Shown here: positions 49,422-58,676 of the stretch, piece after piece
How positions within the stretch are numbered: position 1 is the stretch's first letter
Layout of the letters: each line of letters starts with the position of its first letter
Source of the DNA: an uncultured Clostridia bacterium
GTDB lineage: Bacteria > Bacillota > Clostridia > Oscillospirales > Oscillospiraceae
Direction: 5' to 3'
Assembly (NCBI GenBank): GCA_946186225.1
Contig: CAMHMK010000001.1
Coordinates: 1-62,085, forward strand
Length of the DNA: 62,085 nucleotides
Notes under the pieces: model-generated
What the model was told of the DNA's origin: nothing
The model's input: only the letters and a program-made list of their open reading frames with translations
The model's database searches: none
Position numbers and translations under genes: made by a program

Positions 49422-51062
49422 TCAGAAGTCCAGGCCGCCGAAGATGCTGCCCAGATCAAGACCGGAGGCGTTGTCGCTGATTCGTTCGACCAGCTTCTGC
49501 AGCTCCGGGAGGCTGAGCTTGAGCAGGTTGGTCACCGTGCCGGCGGGCGCGGAGATGTTGCCGAGATTGCTCGTGAACTCGATGATCTCGGTGGAGCCGG
49601 AAGGCTCGTCGTCGTAGTCGTACTCCTGATGCACCTCCATGCGCATACCGTCGGAGATGGGCTGAAGCTTGACCGTCGTTGAATCGTCGGTTTCTCCGTC
49701 CTCGCTGTAGGTGATCAGGCCGTCCACGTCCTGATAGGTGAGGACGCCGGATTCCGACGGATCATCGGGATTCGTGGCGGTGACGGTCAGCTTGCCGGCG
49801 GAGACCGCAGTGGTGAGCTCGACCTTATCGCCGTCGTTGTCGATGACGATATGCTCCCAGGGGTTGCCGATGCCGTCCATGCGGAGCTCGAACTCATTCC
49901 CGTCTGCCATGACGTAGAGGCCGACCATCCGGTCCTCACTGTCGGTGCAGTAGCAAAGGGTCTGGATCTCGCTGACAGACTCGCCGAGGGCAGCCACATA
50001 GGCGCTGGCAAAGAGCTCTTCAAAGTTGATGTTCTGCAGCTGGCTGGGATCCTGCATATCGGTCACCTTTTCCAGGTTCGACTCGGCGCGGCGGGCCAGG
50101 GCTTCCAGCTTCTCGCGGTCGGCAGTCACGTTGTAGGTCGTGCCCATGCCGGCGAAGCGGGTGTTGCTGCTGTCCTCGGTGATCTGGATGCTTTCCTCAA
50201 AGGCCTTCCAGTCGTCGCCAAAGACCTTCTCCACCATCTTCTCCATGGAGTCCTGGGTCAGCTCGGGGACGGAAAGGTCCTCGGGCAGCTTGACGCCCGA
50301 CGCCGCAGACAGCGCGGACTGGTTCCACTCCTTGCCGAAGTTTTTGAGGGGGAGGCTCAGGACCTCGTCGCCGAGCAGGTCCTTGCTGGCAAGCATCAGC
50401 TGATCCTCGTCCCAGTAGAGCTTGATGGGAATCTCCTGCGTATTGCCGTTCTGATCGCCCACCTTGACCGCGAGGTCGATCTGGTACTTGCCGTTGTTCA
50501 TGTCCATATCGCCGTTGACACGGAATGTTTGCTCGCCGGACCAGGGATCGTTGCTGGCGATCGTCAGGCCAATATGCGCAGCGCCGGCGTCCTCCATCGC
50601 GCGGAGGTTCTTGACGATCTGGTTCAGGTTGGGAAGCTCGTCGGTGTAGTCTTCCATTGCCGCAAGGGACTTGTCGGCAGACTGGAGCATCGGGCCGAGT
50701 GGGCCGTCAAAGGAGCCCTTGTTGCGGAAAAAGAGCAGCCACGCGCCAACCGCCAGCACCGCCACCAGAGCGAGGGCGCCGAGGGTGATGAACAGGGGCT
50801 TCTTGGACTTCTTTTTCCGGGTCTCTACCGCTACCGGTGCGCCGTAGGGATCAGTGGCGGGCTGCTGGTAGCCGGGCTGGGCGTAGGCCTGGGGCTGAGC
50901 GTAGCCCTGAGGCTGGGCGTAGCCCTGGGGCTGGGCGTAGCCCTGGGGCTGCGGCGCGTAGGCAGGGGCGGGCTGCGGCGCGGGCTGCTGGATGGTTGCG
51001 CCGCAGTTGGGGCAGAACTTGGACGCATCTGAAATCTGGTTTCCGCATTTTGGACAGAACAT
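49422..51062 (-). CDS. Zinc-ribbon / Pro-Gln-Tyr repeat / single-TM protein with a ~430-aa extracytoplasmic domain of unknown function
   Basis: MFCPKCGNQISDASKFCPNCGA, then (PQGYAQ)x4, KKKSKK, and the TM segment PLFITLGALALVAVLAVGAWLLFF. I recognise no motif in the remainder. Confidence 0.8.
   Translation of the reverse strand: MFCPKCGNQISDASKFCPNCGATIQQPAPQPAPAYAPQPQGYAQPQGYAQPQGYAQPQAYAQPGYQQPATDPYGAPVAVETRKKKSKKPLFITLGALALVAVLAVGAWLLFFRNKGSFDGPLGPMLQSADKSLAAMEDYTDELPNLNQIVKNLRAMEDAGAAHIGLTIASNDPWSGEQTFRVNGDMDMNNGKYQIDLAVKVGDQNGNTQEIPIKLYWDEDQLMLASKDLLGDEVLSLPLKNFGKEWNQSALSAASGVKLPEDLSVPELTQDSMEKMVEKVFGDDWKAFEESIQITEDSSNTRFAGMGTTYNVTADREKLEALARRAESNLEKVTDMQDPSQLQNINFEELFASAYVAALGESVSEIQTLCYCTDSEDRMVGLYVMADGNEFELRMDGIGNPWEHIVIDNDGDKVELTTAVSAGKLTVTATNPDDPSESGVLTYQDVDGLITYSEDGETDDSTTVKLQPISDGMRMEVHQEYDYDDEPSGSTEIIEFTSNLGNISAPAGTVTNLLKLSLPELQKLVERISDNASGLDLGSIFGGLDF
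50881..50952. repeat. Four tandem 18-nt units
   Basis: gcgtag(g/c)cctg(g/a)ggctg(a/g/c) repeated four times, encoding PQGYAQ repeats on the minus strand. Confidence 0.9.
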
Positions 51063-51090
51063 TGGGTTTCCTCCTTTTTACGATCATGTG

Positions 51091-52086
51091 TTACATTGGG
51101 TCGGAAGCGGAGACCGCGGTCTGACCGAGCCGCGGGAAGTCCGCCTCCTCGAGCAGGGGTTGGTTCTGTAAGAGCTCCTGGGTGATCGGGTAGAACTCCG
51201 CCCAGGTCTTGCACTTTCTCATCCGTTTCCAGCTTCCGTCCTCCGGAAACAGGAGACGCAGGAAGGCCCAGAGCTCCTTGAGCTTGGGCAGCACCGCCTG
51301 ATTGGGGTGCATGATGCGGAGATATTCCGCGCACAGGTCGTTGTGGAAGGCAAGCAGGGCCGCGCGGGTCCGTTCGCCGCCCTTGCAGCGGGTCACGAGG
51401 GCGGGGTCTGCAAGCAGGCCGCGGCCCAGCATCACGCTTTCCAGGGTGGGAAAGGCCTCGGCCACGCTTTGGACGCTGGCGGGCGTGAAAAGGTTCCCGT
51501 TGCAGCACAGCGGGGCAGACGCATTCCGGACCGCAGCGGCAAAGGCGTCCAGGTGGACCGGGCCGTCATAGAGCTCGCGGCGGGTCCGGGGATGGATGGT
51601 CAGCTCCCGGATCGGATAGCGGTTCAAAACCGAAAGGATCGCGGAAAACTCCGCCGGGTCCTCCAGACCGAGGCGCGTCTTGACCGAGATCGGGATCGGG
51701 CAGCCGGAGAACACCGCCTCCAGGAAGCGGTCCAGGGCGTCCGGGTCGCGGAGCATCCCCGCGCCCTTGCCCTTTGAGACCACGGTGCCGGAGGGACAGC
51801 CGAGGTTCAGGTTGATCTCTCCGAAGCCGAGATCGGCGATCTCAGATGCGCACCAGACAAAATCCTCTGCAGATCTCGTCAAAAGCTGGGGCAGCAGCCG
51901 GTCTTGCGGCAGGGGTCCCGGCTCCAGCTCCCGTTTTTGCCGGGGCGAAAGGACGTGGACCTCCGTGGGAGAGAGGAAGGGCAGGCAGTAGCGGTCCACC
52001 CCGGGAAAATGCGCCGCGTGGACCTCCCGGAGGATTTTTCCGGTGATGCCCTCCATGGGCGCGAACGAATAGCGCAGGGTCCTCAT
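51091..52086 (-). CDS. dus: tRNA-dihydrouridine synthase
   Basis: FAPMEGITGKILRE, EINLNLGCPSGTVVSKGKGAGML and the TIM-barrel flavoenzyme pattern. Confidence 0.9.
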   Translation of the reverse strand: MRTLRYSFAPMEGITGKILREVHAAHFPGVDRYCLPFLSPTEVHVLSPRQKRELEPGPLPQDRLLPQLLTRSAEDFVWCASEIADLGFGEINLNLGCPSGTVVSKGKGAGMLRDPDALDRFLEAVFSGCPIPISVKTRLGLEDPAEFSAILSVLNRYPIRELTIHPRTRRELYDGPVHLDAFAAAVRNASAPLCCNGNLFTPASVQSVAEAFPTLESVMLGRGLLADPALVTRCKGGERTRAALLAFHNDLCAEYLRIMHPNQAVLPKLKELWAFLRLLFPEDGSWKRMRKCKTWAEFYPITQELLQNQPLLEEADFPRLGQTAVSASDPM

Positions 52087-54065
52087 CCGTCCTCCGGGTC
52101 GTCGTCGGAGGCCGAAGGCTGATACTGATATTCAAAGGTGATGGTCTCGAGCGGCTCCACCTCGCCGCGTTCGGAGTCGAAGAACTCGATCTTGACTTCG
52201 CCGCTGGTCTTGCACTCGGTGGGGAAGGCGCTTCCCCAGGACTTCGTGCCGACGGCGCTGCCGTCGCTGTTGATGATGCCTCTCCCCTGCCGTCCGTCGG
52301 GCAGGGTGTAGCGGGCCAGGATCAGCACGGCGCCGCCGCTGCCCGCGCTGTGGTCCACCTCATAGTGGATGAACAGACCGTTGAGGTCGGTCACGATGCT
52401 GACCTTCGCGTTGCTGACCGCCTCGCTCAGCGAGAGATTGAAGCGGTAGCCGACGCCGCTGAGGCGGTCGAGCAGCTCCTGCGCGCCTTCATAGCCCTCT
52501 GCGACCAGGGTTGCCAGGTAGTCCATGGTGGTCCGGTCGGTGTTTTCCAGGTGAGACTGGGCATAGGAGAACATGCAGTCGGATCGGTATTGGGACGCTT
52601 CCTTGTAATCGCCCAGCTGGGTAAAGGTGTCGATGGCGCCAGGGAGGTCGTTCTGGTTCATCTGTTCCATGCCGATGCGGAAGCGGCACTCAAGGATCCG
52701 GTCGGCGCTGTCGGAGTAATCGCCGGCCTCGGTGAACCAGCGGATCGCCTCCTCATAGGCCTGAATGCGTTCGCCGGGTTCGGAGAGCTCGGCAGCCTCG
52801 CCCGCGCAGCGGTTGCCGAAGCTGTAATCGCAGTACTGCCGCAGGGTGGGCAGGCCCTCATAGTTGGGGTACTCCTTTTCGAGCTGCTCCACATAGGACC
52901 AGGCAGTGTCCAGCTCTCCGTTGTTGTAGGCCAGCACGCCCAGGCTGTAGATGCAGTCGGCCCGGAGAGCCTCAGCGCCCTCGACCGCGCGGATCGGTTC
53001 GAGCAGCTGGAGCGCGCCGGCATAGTCCTGGGAGGACATGGCCGCCCGGACCTTTTGGAGGGCGATCTGGTCGAGGCGCGCGGTGCTGTCCTTGTAGTCG
53101 CCCAGGTCCTCAAAGATCGCCACGGCGGTCTGATAGTCGCCGGAGGACTGGGCGGAAACTGCGTTGCGATAGCGCAGATAGGGCATCAGGAACTTGAAGA
53201 CGCTGAACACGGCAATGGACAGGAAAAGAACGGCAGCCAGGGCAATGGCCAGGTTGCGGCCGGCATGGGAGCCGGAATCCTCCTCGTCTTCTTCCGTCTC
53301 GTCCTCCTCCGCGGGGGCGGGGCGGTTGTCCGGATAGGGCGGATAATCGGGATAGGGCGGGAAGATCGGGGGCGCAGTCATGACCGGCACAGCCATCGGA
53401 ACAGGGTTCTGCGCCGGAGCGGGCTCATGGGGCTGCTGCTGGGGAGCAGGCTCGCGGTACTCCGGGTCCATGTTCTTTTCCAGCCAGATCCGGTCCGCGC
53501 CGCAGTGGGCGCAGCGCAGGGCGGCGCTGCCGTTCGGCTGACCGCAGGTGCAGGTCCAGACGCCCTTCTGGCTGTGGAAGTAATAGCTGTTCCGGACGCC
53601 GCCCTGCTCGGCCCGTTCCCGATAGAGCTGATAGTCCGGATCGTCGGTCTTCACCGGCACCGGGGCGGCGAAGGCAATATAGTTGTTGGTGCTCTCTTCA
53701 TTCCAGCTGGTGCCGTCAGAGAACACAACACGCTGGACAAAGGCCTCCACAAAGGTCGTGTCCGCCGGAGTGATCTCCACGATCTTATCGTCGCCGAAGG
53801 CCCGTCCGGGCAGGACCAGGACGGCGGGCAGGGGGATCATTTCCAGCGTGGTGACCTGGCGCGTCGTCGCCTCCATGCAGCGGATGCGCAGGAAGACCTG
53901 GCGCACGCGTTTGTCGGAGAGGTTGACCATCCGCACCTGCAGGAGGCGCTTGCCGCTCTCGACATCGAGGGTCAGGCGGTAGCGGCTGACCCAGACAGGG
54001 CTGTCCGGATCGAACCGGTTCTGGGCCCCGGCGGAGATGGTTTGAAATCTTTGATAGTTTGGCAT
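52083..54065 (-). CDS. Membrane protein: N-terminal beta-rich domain, zinc ribbon, Pro-rich/acidic linker, TM segment, and external repeats with a GDY(K/S)(D/E) motif (TPR-like)
   Basis: Start MPNYQRF (ATG 54065) after GAGG. CTCGQPNGSAALRCAHCG; TM segment LAIALAAVLFLSIAVFSVF; repeated GDYQTA / GDYKDS / GDYSDS / GDYKEA helices. The stop overlaps the dus start (ATGA). Confidence 0.75.
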   Translation of the reverse strand: MPNYQRFQTISAGAQNRFDPDSPVWVSRYRLTLDVESGKRLLQVRMVNLSDKRVRQVFLRIRCMEATTRQVTTLEMIPLPAVLVLPGRAFGDDKIVEITPADTTFVEAFVQRVVFSDGTSWNEESTNNYIAFAAPVPVKTDDPDYQLYRERAEQGGVRNSYYFHSQKGVWTCTCGQPNGSAALRCAHCGADRIWLEKNMDPEYREPAPQQQPHEPAPAQNPVPMAVPVMTAPPIFPPYPDYPPYPDNRPAPAEEDETEEDEEDSGSHAGRNLAIALAAVLFLSIAVFSVFKFLMPYLRYRNAVSAQSSGDYQTAVAIFEDLGDYKDSTARLDQIALQKVRAAMSSQDYAGALQLLEPIRAVEGAEALRADCIYSLGVLAYNNGELDTAWSYVEQLEKEYPNYEGLPTLRQYCDYSFGNRCAGEAAELSEPGERIQAYEEAIRWFTEAGDYSDSADRILECRFRIGMEQMNQNDLPGAIDTFTQLGDYKEASQYRSDCMFSYAQSHLENTDRTTMDYLATLVAEGYEGAQELLDRLSGVGYRFNLSLSEAVSNAKVSIVTDLNGLFIHYEVDHSAGSGGAVLILARYTLPDGRQGRGIINSDGSAVGTKSWGSAFPTECKTSGEVKIEFFDSERGEVEPLETITFEYQYQPSASDDDPEDG

Positions 54066-54105
54066 AGGAACCTCACTCAATCGGAACATATTGATTCTTC
54101 TGATT

Positions 54106-54134
54106 ATTATACCACAGTTTTGCCCGGGGTTCAA
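54106..54134 (-). promoter_or_regulatory. Sigma-70-type promoter (TGn extended -10) of the membrane protein/dus unit
   Basis: The minus strand reads TTGAAC, a 17-nt spacer ending in TGG, then TATAAT. Confidence 0.65.
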
Positions 54135-54176
54135 TGGGTTTTCAGAATTTTCCTGCAGGATCGGAGCACAGAGGAG

Positions 54177-54237
54177 AAAAAAACCGCCCGGAGGGAACGG
54201 CAGGAGGCTGCATGCGCCTTCCGTCGCCCTCCGGGCG
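54177..54237 (-). terminator. Rho-independent terminator of the gcv-lpd operon
   Basis: The minus strand reads CGCCCGGAGGG...CCCTCCGGGCG followed by GTTTTTTT. Confidence 0.85.
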
Positions 54238-54252
54238 CGTGTTTTTTCCGGT

Positions 54253-55635
54253 TTATCCCAGCTTCTTTTTCAGATCGGCCAAGGCGTCGCCCATGGCTTC
54301 CTCGAAGGTGGGATGGGGGCGGATGGGCAGACGGAGCTGATCCACGGTCAGGCCGTTGGCAATCGCCACGCTGAGCTGAGAAATCATGTCCGTGGCCCGC
54401 TCGCACATCAGGTGGGCGCCCAGGAGCTTGCCGGTCTCGGCGTCGGCCACCAGCTTCATGAAGCCGCGGTCGCCGTCCACGATGACGGTACGGCCGTTGG
54501 CGCTCATCAGGCTCTTGGCGACCTTGACGTTCAGGCCGCGCTCCTTGGCCTCGGCCTCGGTCAGGCCGACGGAGGCGATCTCCGGACGGCAGTAGATGCA
54601 GCCGGGGACCAGGCTGAGATCCTGGGACGGGGCCAGGCCGCAGATCTCATCCACGCAGGCGATGCCCTGGGCCGTAGCCACATGGGCCAGCTGGACCTTG
54701 GAGGAGACGTCGCCGATGGCCCAGACGCCGGGAACGGAGGTGCGGAAGTGCTCGTCCACCTTCAGGCGGCGGCGTTCGGTCTCCGGCTCGATGCCGTCGG
54801 CGAAGAGGCCCTGCAAGTAGGGGCTGCGGCCGATGGCGCAGAGGACAACCTCGCTCTCGACGACGCCGGGCTTATCCTTCTGGGTGTAGTGGACGGCCAT
54901 GCCGGTCTCGGTCTTCTCGACCTTGGCGACCATGGCGTTGGTCTGGATGTTGACCCCGCGCTTTTTGAGGATCATGGCCAGGTTCTGGCCCAGCTCCTTG
55001 TCCATGTTGGGCAGGAGACGGTCCAGGCCCTCCACCACGTTGACCTTGCAGCCGAGATCGGTGAAGAAGGTGGCGAACTCGACGCCGATGACGCCGCCGC
55101 CGATGATGGTCAGGGAGTCAAAGAGGCGGTCGGTGCCCTCGAGCAGCTCGTCGGAGGTCATCACGCCCTCCAGGTCCAGGCCGGGGATGGGCGGACGGGC
55201 GGGAACGGAGCCGGTGGCCGCAATGATGGCGTCGGCGGTATAGGTCTGCACGCCCTCGTCATTCGTGACGGTGACGGTGTTCGGGCCGACGATCTGGCCC
55301 TTGCCGCGCAGGAAATCGACCTTCGCGGACTTGAACAGAGCCTCGATGCCGGCGCGGAGCTTGGCCGTGACCTCGTTCTTGCGGGCAAACATCGCGGGCA
55401 GGTCGGCCCGGACGGTCTCGGCGGTCACGCCGATGGCGGCGCCGTTTTGGATCTCATGGTAGAGCTCGGAGCTGTGCAGGAGGGTCTTGGTGGGGATGCA
55501 GCCCCGGTTGAGGCAGGTGCCGCCGGCCTCGCGGCAGTCCACGACCGCCACCTTCTTGCCGAGCTTGCCGGCGTGGATGGCAGCCTCATAACCGCCGGGA
55601 CCCGCGCCGATGATAATCAGATCGAATTGGTTCAT
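54253..55635 (-). CDS. lpdA: Dihydrolipoyl dehydrogenase (L protein / E3)
   Basis: DLIIIGAGPGGYEAAI and GGTCLNRGCIPTK redox-active disulfide, 460 aa. Confidence 0.95.
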   Translation of the reverse strand: MNQFDLIIIGAGPGGYEAAIHAGKLGKKVAVVDCREAGGTCLNRGCIPTKTLLHSSELYHEIQNGAAIGVTAETVRADLPAMFARKNEVTAKLRAGIEALFKSAKVDFLRGKGQIVGPNTVTVTNDEGVQTYTADAIIAATGSVPARPPIPGLDLEGVMTSDELLEGTDRLFDSLTIIGGGVIGVEFATFFTDLGCKVNVVEGLDRLLPNMDKELGQNLAMILKKRGVNIQTNAMVAKVEKTETGMAVHYTQKDKPGVVESEVVLCAIGRSPYLQGLFADGIEPETERRRLKVDEHFRTSVPGVWAIGDVSSKVQLAHVATAQGIACVDEICGLAPSQDLSLVPGCIYCRPEIASVGLTEAEAKERGLNVKVAKSLMSANGRTVIVDGDRGFMKLVADAETGKLLGAHLMCERATDMISQLSVAIANGLTVDQLRLPIRPHPTFEEAMGDALADLKKKLG

Positions 55636-55704
55636 AGGGAACTCCTTCGTAAGTTGAAAGTTGAAAATGGAACGTGGAACATTCAGGACTGTTCAGGGCT
55701 TCTT

Positions 55705-56277
55705 TCATCGGGCGGAAAGCCAGTCCGCTCTGGTCAGGATCCTGAGCTCGTGCTCCTCGACCTTGTTCTGCTTGGTGGTAAAGAGGCCGAAGTCATAATG
55801 GCGGAAGCCGCATTTCTCCTGGACCCGCTCGGACTGCTTGTTCCAAAGAAAGTGACCGCAGAGGATCACGTCCAGCTTTCGTTCTTCGAAAAGCCAGCGG
55901 ATCACCTCGCTGACCCCCTCCGGCATCAGGCCCAGGCCCCAGCATTCCCGGGCCAGGACAAAGCCCAGCATCCGGACCCGCTGTTCGGAAAATTCCGGAT
56001 AGCGCGCCTCGTCATAGCCCTCGACGCCGATGGAGCCCACCACCCTGCCCCGGTACTCCAGCGCAAAGGTCTTCCTGCCGCTCACGAAGCGATCCAGGAT
56101 CATTTGGGATTCCTCCGGGCTCTCATGGGGCTTCCAGCCCGCCATGGGGCCCACCTCCGGGTCGGAGGCATAGGCATACAGGTCCTGCAGGTCCGACTGC
56201 CGCCAGGGACGAAGGGTCAGGCGCGCCGTTTGCAGCGTCACGTCGGTGACGTCGATTTCTGCGTTCATGCGGTCCAC
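55705..56277 (-). CDS. GNAT-family N-acetyltransferase (RimJ/RimL-like)
   Basis: LTLRPWRQSDLQDLYAYASDPEV...., ...GFVLARECWGLGLMPEG..., typical Acetyltransf_3 pattern. Confidence 0.8.
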   Translation of the reverse strand: MDRMNAEIDVTDVTLQTARLTLRPWRQSDLQDLYAYASDPEVGPMAGWKPHESPEESQMILDRFVSGRKTFALEYRGRVVGSIGVEGYDEARYPEFSEQRVRMLGFVLARECWGLGLMPEGVSEVIRWLFEERKLDVILCGHFLWNKQSERVQEKCGFRHYDFGLFTTKQNKVEEHELRILTRADWLSAR

Positions 56278-56286
56278 CTCGGTTTG

Positions 56287-57276
56287 TCACAACGCCTTTC
56301 GCAGCAGGGAAAGGACGTCGGTTTTCTGTCGATCGGGAAGGTCTGTCCGATTCAGTGCCTCCAACAGGGCATCGGAGCGGAAGGCGCAGCCGGGCAGGAC
56401 GGCCTCCAGCTTTGGGGCCAGGGTCTCGTCCAGGGCGTCGGTATAGACCTTCGCCAAACGGATGACGCCCTCGTTGACGTTCAGCTGCAGCTCCACGCCG
56501 CCCCAGGAGAAACGCTCCTCCACAGACAGGGTGAAGGGCAGCCTGGGCCCGTAGAGCCAGGCGTCGGATGCGTATTTCGCGCGCAGGTCTCCGAGATCGA
56601 AGGCGTTCGGATCCAAATCTTGGATCGTCGGAATGCCCTCCCCTGCGGAGTAGACTGCAGGCAGGGCGGAGATGAGGGCGGACGCAAGCCCTTCGACGGT
56701 CAGATCGGGAACAAATTCCTTCAGATTCACCACCCGGGCGCGGACGGAATCCACGCCCTTGGCCTCCAGCTTGGCCTTCGAGGGGCTGAGATAGCGCTGG
56801 ACCAGGGCCGTATCCACGTCCACCATCAGCGTGCCGTGGTGATAGCACCGGCCCTCGTGCTTGTAGAAGGCGTTGCCGGAGAATTTGCGGCCGTCGGCCA
56901 GCAGATCGTTCCGGCCGGAGCGCTCGACGGGGATGCCCAGCGACCGGCAGGCGGTCTCGATAACCGAGAGCTGGCGGGAGACGTCGTAGTCGGTCTCGCG
57001 GACGAGAAAGGTGAAATTCAGATTGCCGCAGTCATGAAAAACAGCGCCGCCGCCGGAGAGGCGGCGGGCCAGGTGACCGCCCTCCTCCGAGAGGAGGGCG
57101 GTCCTGCATTCTTTCCAGGGATTCTGGTTTTTGCCGATGACCACGGTGCGTTCGTTCTGCCAGAGATAGAGGATCAGCTCCCCTGCCCCGACCCGGTAAA
57201 GCAGGGCTTCCTCCAGGGCGAGGTTTTCATAGGGGTCGGTCCCCCGGCTCCGACAGACCAGCAGCCGCTGGATCAT
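56287..57276 (-). CDS. lplA: Lipoate-protein ligase A
   Basis: DPYENLALEEALL, VVIGKNQNPWKE, RRLSGGGAVFHDCGNLNFTF, plus the C-terminal LplA accessory domain. Confidence 0.92.
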   Translation of the reverse strand: MIQRLLVCRSRGTDPYENLALEEALLYRVGAGELILYLWQNERTVVIGKNQNPWKECRTALLSEEGGHLARRLSGGGAVFHDCGNLNFTFLVRETDYDVSRQLSVIETACRSLGIPVERSGRNDLLADGRKFSGNAFYKHEGRCYHHGTLMVDVDTALVQRYLSPSKAKLEAKGVDSVRARVVNLKEFVPDLTVEGLASALISALPAVYSAGEGIPTIQDLDPNAFDLGDLRAKYASDAWLYGPRLPFTLSVEERFSWGGVELQLNVNEGVIRLAKVYTDALDETLAPKLEAVLPGCAFRSDALLEALNRTDLPDRQKTDVLSLLRKAL

Positions 57277-58676
57277 GCCTGCTCCCAGCGAAGGATCGGG
57301 TTGCGGGCGGCCTTGACCTCGTCGGGACGGCCGATCTGGGCATGATGAGGCGCGGCGTGCATGTATTCGGGATCGGTGAAGGCCAGCTTGTAGAGATCGC
57401 GGAAGATCTCAGCGGCCTCATCCAGAGTCTGCTTGCTCTCGGTCTCGGTGGGCTCGAGCATCAGGGCCTCGTGGACGATCAGCGGGAAGTACATTGTGGG
57501 CGGATGCATGCCGCGGTCGATCAGGGACTTGGCAACGTCCAGGGCGGAAACGCCGGTCTCCTTCTTGAACTCGCTGAGGTCGAGGACGAACTCATGCATG
57601 CAGGTGCGGTCGAAGGCGGGCTCGAAGGTGCCCTGGATCTTCCGCATCAGATAGTTGGCGTTGAGAACGGCGTTGATGGCCGCCTCGGGGACGCCCTCCT
57701 TGCCGAGGGTCATCAGATAGGTCAGTGCGCGGACGACAACGAGGAAGTTGCCCTCGAACATCCGGACCTGAATGTGACCGGCTTCCTCCATCAGGACGGA
57801 CTTGGGCAGGAATTTCTTGAGGAATTCCTTGCAGCCCACGGCGCCAGCGCCGGGACCGCCGCCGCCGTGCGGGGTGGAGAAGGTCTTATGCAGGTTCATG
57901 TGGATGCAGTCGAAGCCCATGTCGCCGGGACGGACGACGCCCATGACGGCGTTCAGGTTTGCGCCGTCGTAGTAGCACAGGCCGCCGCACTCGTGGACCA
58001 GGCGGGTGATCTCGAGGATATTCTCGTCAAAGATGCCGACGGTGTTCGGGTTGGTGAGCATCAGGCCGGCGACGTCCGGGCCGAGGACGGCCTTGAGGGC
58101 CTCCAGATCGACACAGCCGTTGGGGGCAGAGGCGATGTTCACGACCTCGAAGCCGCACATGGCCGCCGTGGCGGGGTTGGTGCCATGGGCGGAGTCGGGC
58201 ACAATGATCTTGGTGCGGGCGGTATCGCCGCGGGAGACGTGGTACTGCTTGATCAGCATGACGCCGGTGAACTCACCGTGGGCGCCGGCTGCGGGCTGGA
58301 AGGTCATGCCGTCCATGCCGGAGATCTCGCACAGATAGCGGGCCGCGGTCTCATACACCTCGCGGCAGCCCTCGGTGGAAGCCTTGGGGGCCAGGGGGTG
58401 GATGGCGGTGAAGCCGGGCAGAGCGGCCATTTCCTCGTTGATGCGGGGATTGTACTTCATGGTGCAGGAGCCCAGGGGGTAGAAGCCGCAGTTCACGCCG
58501 TGGACCCGCTGGCAGAGCTGGGTGTAGTGGCGGGAGACGTCGGTCTCGCACAGCTCGGGCAGGGGAAGCTCGGACTGGCGCTGATAGGCAGCGTCAAGCT
58601 CGACCTCGGGCACGTCGCACGCAGGCAGCAGACTGGACTTGCGGCCGGATATGCTCTTTTCAAAAATCAGCTTCAT
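57273..58676 (-). CDS. gcvPB: Glycine dehydrogenase (decarboxylating) subunit 2
   Basis: Start MKLIFEKS (ATG 58676, ATGA overlap with gcvPA). HMNLHKTFSTPHGGGGPG PLP site. Confidence 0.96.
   Translation of the reverse strand: MKLIFEKSISGRKSSLLPACDVPEVELDAAYQRQSELPLPELCETDVSRHYTQLCQRVHGVNCGFYPLGSCTMKYNPRINEEMAALPGFTAIHPLAPKASTEGCREVYETAARYLCEISGMDGMTFQPAAGAHGEFTGVMLIKQYHVSRGDTARTKIIVPDSAHGTNPATAAMCGFEVVNIASAPNGCVDLEALKAVLGPDVAGLMLTNPNTVGIFDENILEITRLVHECGGLCYYDGANLNAVMGVVRPGDMGFDCIHMNLHKTFSTPHGGGGPGAGAVGCKEFLKKFLPKSVLMEEAGHIQVRMFEGNFLVVVRALTYLMTLGKEGVPEAAINAVLNANYLMRKIQGTFEPAFDRTCMHEFVLDLSEFKKETGVSALDVAKSLIDRGMHPPTMYFPLIVHEALMLEPTETESKQTLDEAAEIFRDLYKLAFTDPEYMHAAPHHAQIGRPDEVKAARNPILRWEQA

Noticed and set aside
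54091-57345. 1084-aa ORF on the plus strand antisense to lpd, the GNAT gene and lplA. Similar cases are 33760-36729 (989 aa), 23705-26014 (769 aa), 31306-33558 (750 aa), 45453-47657 (734 aa), 52350-54374 (674 aa) and 36726-38702 (658 aa).
   Set aside because: All are shadow ORFs opposite highly conserved proteins (Lpd, MurE/F, TagO, PBP, EF-G, MraY/FtsW). They have low-complexity translated sequences without motifs, and they run through intergenic regions and terminators.
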